DNA of 64,000 bases from Antedon mediterranea (Eukaryota; Animalia; Echinodermata). The position numbers were made by a program, and so were the translations under genes. This document shows, piece by piece, positions 52,801-64,000 of the stretch (position 1 is its first letter; every line of letters starts with the position of its first letter). The stretch is taken from NCBI RefSeq assembly GCF_964355755.1, contig NC_092670.1, positions 1,416,201 to 1,480,200 on the forward strand, in the 5' to 3' direction. The notes beneath the pieces are model-generated. The model was not told the origin of the DNA. It saw only the letters and a program-made list of their open reading frames with translations, and ran no database searches.

Positions 52801-53663
52801 GAATTGGGACCGTGGTCCGGATTTTCACCAAAATTGGGCAGTGTCGTCCTTGCAACAGGCGACATGTATGGCAGTAATTTGGAGTCATTCGAATCAAAAT
52901 TGTGAGCGCTAGAGTGATGATAAACAAACAAACAAACAAACAGACAAACCGAACAGATCAACATACTTGGCCAATTTTCAATTTGGCCAAGTAACAAAAA
53001 CACGCGATCGATTACATATACCTCCTTGGCGGAGGTAAATAAACACATTAAAAGATGGAACGTTATTTAAAATAAACAAAATGCTAGCCTGTTTAAACTA
53101 GTCTTTTTTTCTTATTTTGATTGTGTTTGTACTGATTGCCTTTTGTTTTATTGAATAAAAGGGGTTAAAAAAAAAACACAGATCATATTTAGTGGTAAGA
53201 AATAAACGCCATATAGGGCCTACGTACTTTTATATTGACTGCATTCTGTCCAGACCCATGTGAAGTTAGCCTCGCTCTGTATATCTGATAAACCTATCCA
53301 CAAATTGTTTCCCATACGATTGTTAGCGTAAAGAAAGTCATTTTCTGCTTTGTTTCTGATCACAACCAAGTCTGCACCTAGTGCTTCACAGTTTGATCTA
53401 GCGTCTGACCAGGACCGTTTTGTTTCCTCAAATTTGTAACAGCCATTTTGGAACGACAACCATCCTTCTGGACAGGGAAGTGCTGTGAAAGCTACATTAA
53501 AAGTTCGGCACTGATTAAAAAAAAATAATTTTTGTAGATGTTTATGTATGTTTTTATTACTACATCAATTAACCACGGCCCTGAGATAATGGGGAAAAAT
53601 AACTTCATACGTACCTGTAGTAATGTATGCAAAAAAGAACACCAGGTTTGTAGATGTAGCCAT
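44333..53663 (-). CDS. Lectin receptor gene 5: SP-CTLD-CTLD-HYR-TM-tail
   Basis: SP 53615-53663; CTL 53228-53482 + 48765-48893; CTL 47563-47817 (canonical acceptor mutated to AA; in-frame cryptic AG gives start 47802) + 46636-46764; HYR 45929-46207; EGF decayed (~45781-45830); TM 45080-45182; tail 44333-44429 ending GLYETPTTFLSM*. Confidence 0.72.
44744..45052. mobile_element. MITE with TTAA target duplication (Kolobok-like)
   Basis: TTAA|AGATGTATTGTCC...GGACAATACATCT|TTAA; inverted relative to 7649-7978. Confidence 0.75.
46830..47260 (-). mobile_element. Degenerate LINE 3' fragment
   Basis: ORF remnant ..PKLWDSL..SSFKHNLK typical of CR1/L2 ORF2 C-termini. Confidence 0.4.
48946..49535. repeat. 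17-bp minisatellite, ~34 copies
   Basis: Unit CCCATATTTAGGGGACA. Confidence 0.95.
49575..49632 (-). pseudogene. Relic 3' end of a CTLD N-half exon
   Basis: Reads LSNAQNETDF...then AAAGAATGCAGTCAATAA, matching the paralogous ..KECSQY end, with indels and a stop. Confidence 0.55.
49645..49686 (+). ncRNA. Minimal type-I hammerhead ribozyme motif (Penelope-like element remnant)
   Basis: GCA-CTGATGA-A-GGGC(TAGTGTT)GCCC-GAA-AGCT-C-TGC: conserved core, 4-bp stem II, palindromic AGCT stem III, short stem I. Confidence 0.55.
50094..51270. mobile_element. MITE with long TIRs and 8-bp TSD, itself interrupted by a HINE
   Basis: TSD CGGCGGAA at 50086-50093 and 51271-51278 (single copy in the uninterrupted unit at ~51633). 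TIR TTCCAGGACGAACGTGGGCAGAAAT.CATGAATAATT. Confidence 0.7.
50101..50914 (+). mobile_element. HINE family A, full copy
   Basis: Near-identical to 8092-8904. Confidence 0.8.
52740..53040 (-). mobile_element. 5' part of another HINE-type element
   Basis: Minus strand starts TTTACCTCCGCCAAGGAGGTATATGT (hairpin), followed by a (TGTT)n microsatellite. 3' end not identified. Confidence 0.45.
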
Positions 53664-56600
53664 AGTGCAAGTATACTTTAAAATGTGTACTTGGTAGATT
53701 TTCCGTGTTTTTATTTTGATAATAATATGCCTATACTGGCATGGGTGGGTTGCTTTGTTTCCGTTTTCATTTTCATAGAGAATGTTCGCTTTCGATGCGA
53801 TATACCAATGAAATGGACCTCGTGACGTATTGTTTTTAAAAAAATACCGATTTCTAAGCACGTGTCTTTTAATTCGTCCATCTTCTACGATTCTGAAATT
53901 GAAAGCTGCGTAACTACCTTCCAATGAATCTGATCACATAGTGATATCGATGTGATATACGAACGAAATGATCAACAACAACAACGTTTATTTAGAAACA
54001 GTTCATGAAATACAAACAGCATGTATTAATTACCATAACTTAAATGGTAACATTAAATAAGAACTGTTTCAGAGATCAGAAAAAGAAGTAACAAAACTTG
54101 TCAAATACCAACCTCTAAACAAAAACAACAAAAAATGGAGAGTTAACATACCTCGTAACGTATTGTTGCAAACAAAAAACACAAAAAAAAAACGATTTCT
54201 AAGCACGTATCTTTTAATTCGTCCATCTTCTACGATGATTCTGAAATTGAGAGCTGCATAGCTATATTCGAATGAATCTGACGCTTAATTATCAAAAACA
54301 ATAGACAAACAATTCTTATATTGTAAGATGGCGATGGTATTTGTTATTTCACCCCATATAATTATATCGATAGCATTTTGCTCAAAATTATTATGAAGAA
54401 ACAAAAGTATGTTTTTTTTTATTTGTTTTTTTTAAATAATAATTTCGTTTATGGTGAAGGAAAAAGGTTACGTTGAAACTTACCCAACGTCGTTTCATGC
54501 GTTATCATCGCACTTTCTCAAGGTTGTGATGTCAGCTTGGTTCACCATAAACGAAATTATTATCAAATAATATTTGTTGGAAAGAAATGTTTTCAATTCA
54601 AACTATGTTTATTGCAGTTGCACCACCACCTCACACCCCCCCCCCCCCACCCCGCAAAAGAGAAAAAGTTGGCATTCCATGTTTCTCTTCTAACTTTCTG
54701 CTTCTAAATGGTTGTTGTTTAAAAAACAAAATTATAAAAAATAGATGTGAATACGTATACGCATGCGCAAAACTACGATTTCGATTCTATACTATATTAT
54801 CACACGTTATAATCCTAAAAAAAATAAATTATAACTGCTGAATCAATTATATACTTCCTAATTTATTGTTAATCACTTGGTCTATATAACACACCTTTGT
54901 TTCCTAGCTTTCGTTAAATAACGTCTAACTGTATTTTGGAATTTAAAACTAACGTATAAAAAGTATAAATTGGTAACAGTGGAACGTTTGGTATTTTACT
55001 GTAGACGTATGTGTCTGGTAACTATTGTACAAACATTACTAAATAATTGTAATAATTGAGGTTTGGATGATTATCATACATGTATTTTACTAGCCAACCT
55101 TTTTAATAATTTGTCAAAACAAAAATAAGCTTTAGCGAGCCAATGAAATGACAAAAGAATCATTAAATCTTCTGTCGAAAACACAGAATTATATCATCTA
55201 TATATAATTTAACTTAAGGGCAAAATTCGGTAAATCGCGCGTTATTTCTAGAATTTTTACTCGATGGTATATAAAGTTGGTTCGTACTTTCGGTACTGAT
55301 TTTAACCACCTGATATAACCCTGTTTACTAATTAAATTAAGTTAGATAATTAGTTTTTGACGATTAAAACGAATTTTTAGGTTCAACGATTTGCCCCAAA
55401 TAGGGGTGTTTTCCGATCGTGGTATACACTGTCTAATGGATGTCCATCTTGAAAAATACCCGCCACAAAAATGCGAGGAGGCTTCGCATTTTCCTATCTC
55501 CTCCTACGATAATTGTTTTTAATAGCTGAAAACCGGTTGAACAGCTAGAGTACAGCATCATAATGTTGAAGACAGGCCGATTTTCTTAAAAAAATACTAT
55601 TTTGATAGATTTATTATACGATTATACAAATGTATTGATTTGCGATGAATGGAACATCCCAATCTCTCAGTCTGCCAGAGTTTGGTTCAACACAAGTAGG
55701 TAAATTTATGAGCCCTTGGTTTAACACATACGGTAGGTAAATATATGGGCCCTTTGAGAATAAACTTGCAATACTTTGACAATACTGTAAATACCTATTA
55801 ACTATTGTTGGTCCTCATTTGAATCGAACATTTCTTACTGTGAATGTTCGTACTGTTAGATGTAATATACAAATATATACAAATAAACTTTATTACTGAG
55901 ATTGTGGATAGGCTCTATTGTTAGATATATAAACACATTATTATATACAAATAAACTTTATACTGACAGTTCTTTCTCAAACTTTTGTATTAATTAATAA
56001 TTTGTTTTTGTCTTGTGTGAGTTCTTCTCACGTTTATTTAAATTCTCATTGATGAATATATTATATACATATAAGTACATTTGTGACAATTAAAAGTAAG
56101 TGTTTAGAGTAGTTAAAATACCGTTATATTTACATAATAAGATGCCAGAATTCAGTATTAACCTTATATTTTCTCATTTAAAATTTTAGATACGATGTTA
56201 ATTAAAATGTAGAAATGAAAAATGGCGGTAAAATACATGATTAAAATTTTCTTGTTAAACTATCTTGTTTGTGTTCTTATTTGTGTTCGAGTAGAGAGGC
56301 TATAAACTCAGGGGAGGAAAATGTAGTATCCTCCCTTTTCACCAAGATAAGATGGATGGAATGAAAAAAAAAGAGGAATGCAATAGGTAGAAAGTTAGTT
56401 ATTTAGAATGATAGCATGAAATGGTATATTTAATGAAAACCGTAAGGTTAGAGTCCATGCACTGTGCAAGTCCAAGATGCAATTTTGGCTCTGTGTGTAT
56501 GTGAGACGCTTCATACCCGATGTCATCTTAGTACAACTACTACTTACAATTTGTATTTACGGTATAACATATTGCAAATATATAAAAATATATAGAGGTA

Positions 56601-56845
56601 TATATATTGAACAAATACACATACCTATAGATGACATGTATACGATATAAAATATTGCAAATATAGAAAAATATATATGTTAAACAAATACCAATACATA
56701 CAGATTATATTGACATGCTACATGTATTTGAACTATTGTCATCTTAAAAAGGTTTATATGATGCCTATAAACAGATTTTACGTTGATATACAGGATTTGT
56801 GTCCATTATGATAAGGTAAGAAAGAAAAGGGAATCAATAAAATAA

Positions 56846-57325
56846 TTAAAGTATTAACATCAAGTCTTTTGATAGTTTTAATAGTTTATCTTTTAAGTTA
56901 TTCGTCCATTTCTTCTGAGCCTTATGTAAATTATGCATAAATTCATTTGTTAATAAATGCTTTAATTCATAGTAAAATAATCTCCAAATTATTTTTGATT
57001 CCTGATTTTGTTTCTTTTCTTTTCTTATTACTAAACACGATTTATAAATGCAAAAAGTAAATATTGAAATAAGTTCATTTATAGTTTTCGTTTCCGATCC
57101 TTTAACAATATTACGCCAGGTTATATCAATCTTTTGTACAAAACAGTTTGAGATCAAAAACTTAAATACAATCCATATGGGTTTAATCTTATTACATGAA
57201 AATAGCAAATGTTTTTCATTTTCAATTTCACTATTACATCTTTCACATATGTCATTTATAGAAAGTTTCCAAATTTGTAACTTACTTTTACACGCAAGAA
57301 TACGATGTAGTAGTTTGAAATTGAA
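56846..57325 (-). mobile_element. L1/Tx1-type ORF2 C-terminal (zf-RVT) remnant
   Basis: FNFKLLHRILAC...ICERCNSEIENEKHLLFSC..IW: CCHC zinc-knuckle region of non-LTR ORF2. Confidence 0.7.
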
Positions 57326-58000
57326 TTAATAATTACCAAAAATATAAACGTCGTAGTGGTGTATCGTGACATGTACTTTAATATTTCAATCGATTATGAC
57401 AGTGACAGTTTTAACAAAGTATTAAATCGCAAATGTTTTACTGTATTTAGAGGTATATTATTTATAGGCCTATAAAACATGAAAAAAATATTTCGTTACT
57501 GAGTGGATAAAGAATATATTTAAAAATTGTTCCTCTTTGTACCTATCCGCTTTCCCATCCCTCAACCCTAATGTTACATACAAAAACAAATTGGGTTTCT
57601 TTAAATGAGTCCAAATCAAAAATTTGGAGTCATTTTGTGATAAGTTTTTCCTTCGGAAATCGGAAGTAATTCCCAGGGTGCTAATTTTAGTTGACTACAT
57701 AAATCATCGTGTCTATTTATTCGTTTCTGTAAACGACAATGTATATTAGTCCTGCGGTACGTACATTTGAAATCGCCAGTTTTGTTACGCTGAAATTACT
57801 GTGTATTCGAGAACCATCTGTGGGCACAACCTAGATGGTACGCGAGCGCAGCGAGCGTACCATCTAGTGATTCTAAATGTAGAAACCCTGTTTAACAATG
57901 TCACCGTAAAACATCTATTATGCTTTTTTAATTACAATTGGTTAAATTTGTTAACGTAGTATTTTGAAATGCATCTCTAGTCGTTGGAAATCCGGATAAC

Positions 58001-61000
58001 TTAATATCGGTTGTGTTTACTTCGGTTGGACCATTTTCCTGAATCGTTGTGACTGCCTCCTTTATTCTCATACACATGCTGAAGAAATATATAAGATTAC
58101 ATTTAGAAGAGTAAAATATTATTCAAATGCTTATAAAACGAACGATGTATCAATCGTAAACAAGTTTCTCTTTTTAATAATTGCAGTAGTCATGTCGCAG
58201 TTTGACCTGTTCTTACCACTACGTAGAGTCTACATTGTCGTTCTTTTCGTTGTAACGGTTGACCATCATGATGTAATCATACAAAAACATCGTTGTCACT
58301 GCTGCCGCCGGTTGACCATCATGATGTAATCATACAAAAACATCGTTGTCACTGCTGCCGCCGGTTGACCATCATGATGTAATCATACAAAACATCGTTG
58401 TCACTGCTGCCGCCGGTTGACCATCATGATGTAATCATACAAAAACATCGTTGTCACTGCTGCCGCCGGTTGACCATCATGATGTAATCATACAAAAACA
58501 TTGTTGTCACTGCTGCCGCCGGTTGACCTTCATGATGTAATCATAAACAAACATTGTTGTCACTGCTGCCGCCGGTTGACCTTCATGATGTAATCATACA
58601 AAAACATCGTTGTCACTGCTGCCGCCGGTTGACCTTCATGATGTAATCATACAAAAACATCGTTGTCACTGCTGCCGCCGGTTGACCATCATGATGTAAT
58701 CATACAAAAACATCGTTGCCACTGCTGCCGCCGGTTGACCATCATGATGTAATCATAAACAAACATCGTTGTCACTGCTGCCGCTTATCATTCTTTAATA
58801 CACATTTGTTGCCAACATTGCCAAGTTATGATGTCATCCATCCATTCATTTTAACATTGCTGTCATCATAGTCACATTACCAACTCAAGTTTGTATCTGT
58901 ATTGTTGTGTAGAATCATGCTTTGTATTCAAGACAGTGAAGTAAAGAAGACAACATATTTAATAGTATACACTTACCATCATCTCTTCGCCAGTTGCTAT
59001 GTATGGACGACGGAAGCCGGATTCATGAGACGATGTTTGTGAATAGTCGGCAACCTAGAAATTGCCAAAATCAAGATTAAACATTTAAATGATGTCAATG
59101 CTATAATAGTCATTAGTATTCATCGGAATAACGACTTTTGACGCTTAAATGATGTGCGCATGTGCATTGGAAGTTTTTATTATTGAAAACATCGAATCGA
59201 GTGTCACATGATAAATAACCGAACGCAAAAATAATTTTTATGAATTTTTCCTTTTTTTTTTTACTGTTAATAAGTCCGTATAATTTGTGCTGCTTGATGT
59301 TTGTAATTGTGAACCATTATTAACTTTTTTTTGTATATTGTAACTACTGTATGACTATATTTTGTATGGGTCGGACCTCTTGTTACGAGAGTGTTCCTTC
59401 GTTTTAAAGGAGAGTAACCAATAAATATTATTATTATGAAAAAATTAGAAAGAATGGAATCATTGAACGTTATGTAGATGTACACCCATTCTAACAGTGT
59501 ATTTTACTTACAGTTGGGGAAGTAAACATTAGGCCTCTTTGGTATTGAGCAAGTTTACCAGAATGAGATGAACTTGAATGGCTACTCTCATTATCTAAAT
59601 AACCAAATTTATGTTGTTGAGGATCTTTGAAGTAGTCAACAAGACGCATGCGCATCAGAACTCTCTGTCGGTAGTTTACAAAGCAGACGAGAACAAGGAA
59701 ACCAAGAACAAGTAGGACAACGGCACCAACTGCAACACCGATGACGAGAAACATCATCATTTCATCTACAAAAAGTAAGATGGTATTATTAAGATTGAAT
59801 CAGATACGAAAATTAGTTTGTAATATTATTAGCCACTAACAGGAATATATAACTTTTTCATAAAATACCTCAACATGTGTATTACAAGTAGGCCTGTATT
59901 TTACTCATGTTCCAGTAGACCACGAATTAAAACTTGCAATTAAGACTTACCCTTTTTATTCTGGCATCTATCGCCATCAAAACCTTTACGACAAGAGCAT
60001 GCAGGCGGTTGTACGCTATCGTCACACGTCCCATTATTTTTACAAAAATCGAAAGAACAGGTTTGAACTGTAAACAAATGTATAGTCTTTGAAGATTAAA
60101 AAAAAAATATATATTGTATAAAATGTTTTCTTTGTTGACGCAGTGTGTGATTCATGTGGTGACGTAATCTCTGACGTGATGATACACTTGCTTGTCGGTA
60201 ATGACAAATTACACAAACTATATATAATGACTCAACTTACATTCCGTTACATCAATGGATGTGGTATCCATAGTAAATCCTGTGCCTGGTAAAATTCCAT
60301 CAGTAACTGCATCAACTAGTGCACTTTCTAGGTCATCTTCATTGGTAACACCCTCTAACAAGTCTACTTGTATATTTGCAATAATGCTACCAGGTTCAAA
60401 ACTAGATATTGAGCATGAACGGATGGTACTCGCTATGACGATGCTTTCTTCACAGATTGAAATCAACTTAAAGTTGAATTAAAAAAAATAATAAAACAAT
60501 CATGACATACATGAGCAAACAGTGCAGTGATATTGTATTCTATCTTACATACAAACTATCTATTATTTTTATTATAACTTCAATTTCATCTCTTAGTTTT
60601 GTATTAATTCGTAAATCTCAAAGAAGGCCAATTGGTGTATAATATGCACAAGATTTGCCTTCACATACATTGAATGTTTATATATATATACATTGTATAT
60701 TGTTGATGTTATCATAAGTATGAACTTACAGAATCGCAAAGTTGCCGTTGGTATAGTATGAATAGGGATGATAGTGGGTTGTACAGTTCATCAGCAAATA
60801 CAGCTAAAGATCCGTTTATCGCAGTAATCAAAATACTGACACCAAACGTTGTTGCTGAAAAAAGTGAATGTTATAATAATATTACTTTATGTTCTCCCTT
60901 TGCACACATACACAACGCCGGTGTTGACTCCCCCAGTGTGTGTACATATATGAAAGAGGTATATATAACGGTTTACATGGAAATTATAATGAATATTCAT

Positions 61001-64000
61001 GTTTACTTGTTCTAAGACCTGTTGATAACTCGATTGTTGAGTTGACTGTAATTTCCGCAGACGATATTGTTGACGTATCTGACTGTATGTTGGTTTGATC
61101 TATTTCAGTAGTACGTGGTTTAACCGTAGTTTGTACCGATGCTGTTCCAGTTGTCGTCATTGCTAATGGTGTAGTATCACGTGCTTCCCTTGTAGGTAAG
61201 TTTGTGACAGATGTGGTACTTTTCTCTGCTGTGACTACCGTTGTTGTTATTGGTTGTACTGTAAATTAAATTAGTATAAATTAATAACATAATATTAATA
61301 ATGGTTTTGTCTTTTAATGTTTAAATATCAAGTGCATTTTTATTATGCTAATATCGAAATTAATAGTGAAATGAAATAAAAATTGACACCGATTATGGTT
61401 GATAGATATAGTAGTAGTAGTAGTCAAGTTTTCCTTGGTATACACACTAATCAATATTCATGTTTGAATAGAGTGAAGACTTTGAAAGAGGAATATCTAG
61501 TGATACGGTAAACCACCTTGAATGGACACATTAGGAACCAGGCTTACTTTCTTCCACAGTTATTGATGTAGTATCGATAGTGAAATTAGTTCCTGGTAGA
61601 GTTTTGTTCTCCGTCGCTTCTGTGAGCACTGACTTCAATTCCTCTACGTTGGTTGTGTTAGGTGGGAATTCCAATACCACAACCGCCATTATACTGCCAG
61701 GTAAGAATTTTGAAACTGTACAAGTTGGTTTATTGTTTTCATAAATATTTGTTACCTGTAAACATTAAAATGAACACAAATTTATTCCAGTGTTGGACGT
61801 ATACTATATATGCAGTTATAAAAACATTTTTGTTAATGTAATTGTGGTACGTCAGTAATGCAGGGAAAAATGAGTATTGCTGCTTTGAGTGGTATTCAAC
61901 AATATTTTGTTTCAGATATTTTATGTCGTAACGCAAGGACGAACTGTAAACGCGCCGCAAGTAATTTTGATCTGAAAGTAACAATGAAATAATAATAAAG
62001 AACTTTACTTACAGATTCACATATATCTTTCTCATACTCAATGTACAAGTCTGACGAGCTGTCATCTAAGTCGTCAACAAATTGTGCTTCATCATTTCCA
62101 ACATTTGTAATGCGGATGCTCACATCAAAAGTTGCAGCTACAATGAATATATTTTTAAATGTTGTTACTTTGTTCTAACCCTATAATTAAAATACTATTC
62201 TAACTATTCTAATTTATATGAAAGCCTTTACCCACTCCCAAATGCGTTTGTGATTAAATAGGTACACATTTCACGTAAAATAGTATGTCATGGATAATAT
62301 GCCTAAAAATGAGGGTACTTTCTTTCCTTCATATGAGATATCTTTTGTAAAATAACAATATCTCTATTGTTCCTACCCTTCGGCTGAGAAAAATGTTTGC
62401 ATGCTGGGACATTTGAGATCCAATCGCAGTAACCTAGCTCTTGGTTGAAGGCAAATCCTTCGCTACAAGCTAGCTGTGTTTGAACCAAAAAACAAGAATA
62501 ATACCGCGTACAATCTGCTGGATCTCTGTAGTAATTTAGCCCCACTGGTTTATCCCTACATGTAAACGTTGCGTCAGGATTTGACACGCACTGAACATTG
62601 GCTGGCCAATCACAACTGCGTATTTGCTCATTGAAGTACTGCGTGGAACTACAAGATAACTCCAACATATCGGTTTGGCACTGAAAGTAGTACATACAAT
62701 CTGTAGGGTCCGCGTAATACCCCGTTGGATAGTCCCAGCAAGAAAAGCCATCGAAGCCTGCAAAAGAAGTAATTCAAACCATTTCTTTGGCATTTTTGTT
62801 ATATAGTTCATTATAAAGTATTCGTATATATATTTGTAGAGTAGGCCCTACGACCTAATTACCTAGACTTAATGCATAGTGTCTTTTATTTTATAAAAGA
62901 TAACTATAATAGCACATCGATTAATGTCAAACTCAACTTTTTAAAATAAGTTTTATGAATTGCAATACTGACCTTCGTCCGTGTGTCCATCTTCATTAAT
63001 AGTTGTTGTTGCAGTTTCTTCTGTAATTTCTGGTACTATAGGATCTTCTGTTGGGTTTGTAATGACGTCATTTTCTAAATTAGTTTTGATAGCATTTAAT
63101 AATGGATATTCTCCTTCGTTGCAGTGACTGTTGCTAAAGTCATCTAAATCAATTGCCCAAACTATCACACCACCGTATCTGTTTTCTTTTATCCAATCCA
63201 TCTGTAATATAAAAGTATACGTTTTTAATAGAATTGTAAATTTGTAATACAATGTTTTCGTCTGATAAGAATGAAGAATAATTTTAGTTCATGTACATCG
63301 ACTGATTACCTTATTTGTTATACTTTGTATATCATCATATCCAACCCATTGATTACCATTGTAAGCATATGGTGATTGTAATACATCATCGAGTACAGAA
63401 GTTCCACCATTTTGTAAAAGATCACATATCTGTAGAATGTTTAATAGGTTTAATCAATATTACTCTACGTTACTGTACACAAATATATAAATCCAATGAC
63501 ACTCATTAAATAGAAAGCTTTGATTATAATTAAACTATGTTTTCCCCTTTTAAGAATGGACTAACTTGTCTAATTTTCTCCCAAGTCCCTATTCTCCGGC
63601 ACAAGTGAAAATACTTACTTCATAGTAAGCCATAAATCCTGCCTCTCCAGTGTAAGTCCCTGGAGTACCTCCTCCATTAGTCGGTGCTCCAAGTCCTGTA
63701 GCTGAAGTTGATAATGTAAAAGAACGTCCATATGTACCAATACCAATCATTAACTTGTTGCCTGGAACTCCTCCATCTGACCACATTGTCGCTGCGTAAG
63801 ACTAAATTAATTTGGTAATAATTATATTTATTTACCATTACAATCTTTCTTTGTTCTTAATTTATTATCTTGTGATGATATATTCTAAAACTTACAACTG
63901 TCGTCGTTTGGTCCTGGCCTGGTGGAGCGAATAAGGCGCTATGATGACCAGTTTGTGATTCCCACGATCCATGTAAATCATACGACATGATTCCTATCCA
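58001..64000 (-). CDS. Membrane-anchored GH18 chitinase(-like) protein, 3' part: GH18-CBM14x2-SEA-Thr-rich-SEA-EGF-TM-cytoplasmic tail
   Basis: Exons 63896-64000 (MSYDLHGSWE), 63619-63801 (KLMIGIGTYGRSF), 63310-63429 (PYAY..WVGYDD), 62973-63201 (GGVIVWAIDLDDF), 62377-62757 (two 6-Cys chitin-binding type-2 repeats), 62013-62137 + 61548-61755 (SEA, FLPGSIMA), 61007-61258 (S/T-rich), 60730-60854 + 60241-60466 (SEA, FEPGSIIA), 59951-60067 (6-Cys EGF), 59512-59765 (TM), 58977-59054, 58001-58078 (stop). All GT-AG with compatible phases. Confidence 0.88.
58256..58783. repeat. 53-bp tandem repeat x10 in last chitinase intron
   Basis: Unit CGGTTGACCATCATGATGTAATCATACAAAAACATCGTTGTCACTGCTGCCGC. Confidence 0.93.

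Noticed and set aside
228-53663. RAG/VLR-style somatic rearrangement signals between modules
   Set aside because: No heptamer-nonamer or comparable signals seen; modules have ordinary splice sites.

Overview
AT-rich, intron-rich eukaryotic DNA. It is probably from an invertebrate deuterostome such as an echinoderm (inferred from HYR domains and repeat types, not proven). About 1-54 kb is a minus-strand tandem cluster of five paralogous type-I membrane receptor genes built from repeated C-type lectin (CTLD, two exons) - HYR - 4-Cys EGF-like modules, followed by spacer, TM and short-tail exons. There are 12 CTLDs, all with EPN/WND motifs. Every intact ectodomain exon is phase 1-1. Four of the five genes carry an internal relic promoter (in one case with a frameshifted signal-peptide exon), suggesting multi-module receptors arose by fusion of tandem genes. 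One gene is hit by a 2A-peptide-carrying LINE inside its signal-peptide exon and has an exon/intron-junction-derived, frame-preserving tandem repeat. 58-64 kb holds the 3' part of an unusual membrane-anchored GH18 chitinase(-like) gene: GH18-CBM14x2-SEA-mucin-SEA-EGF-TM. Introns carry Helentron-associated (HINE/DINE-like) elements, TTAA MITEs, tRNA-derived repeats, a minimal hammerhead ribozyme and several satellites. All exon models were read by eye from splice signals and paralog comparison, with no transcript evidence.
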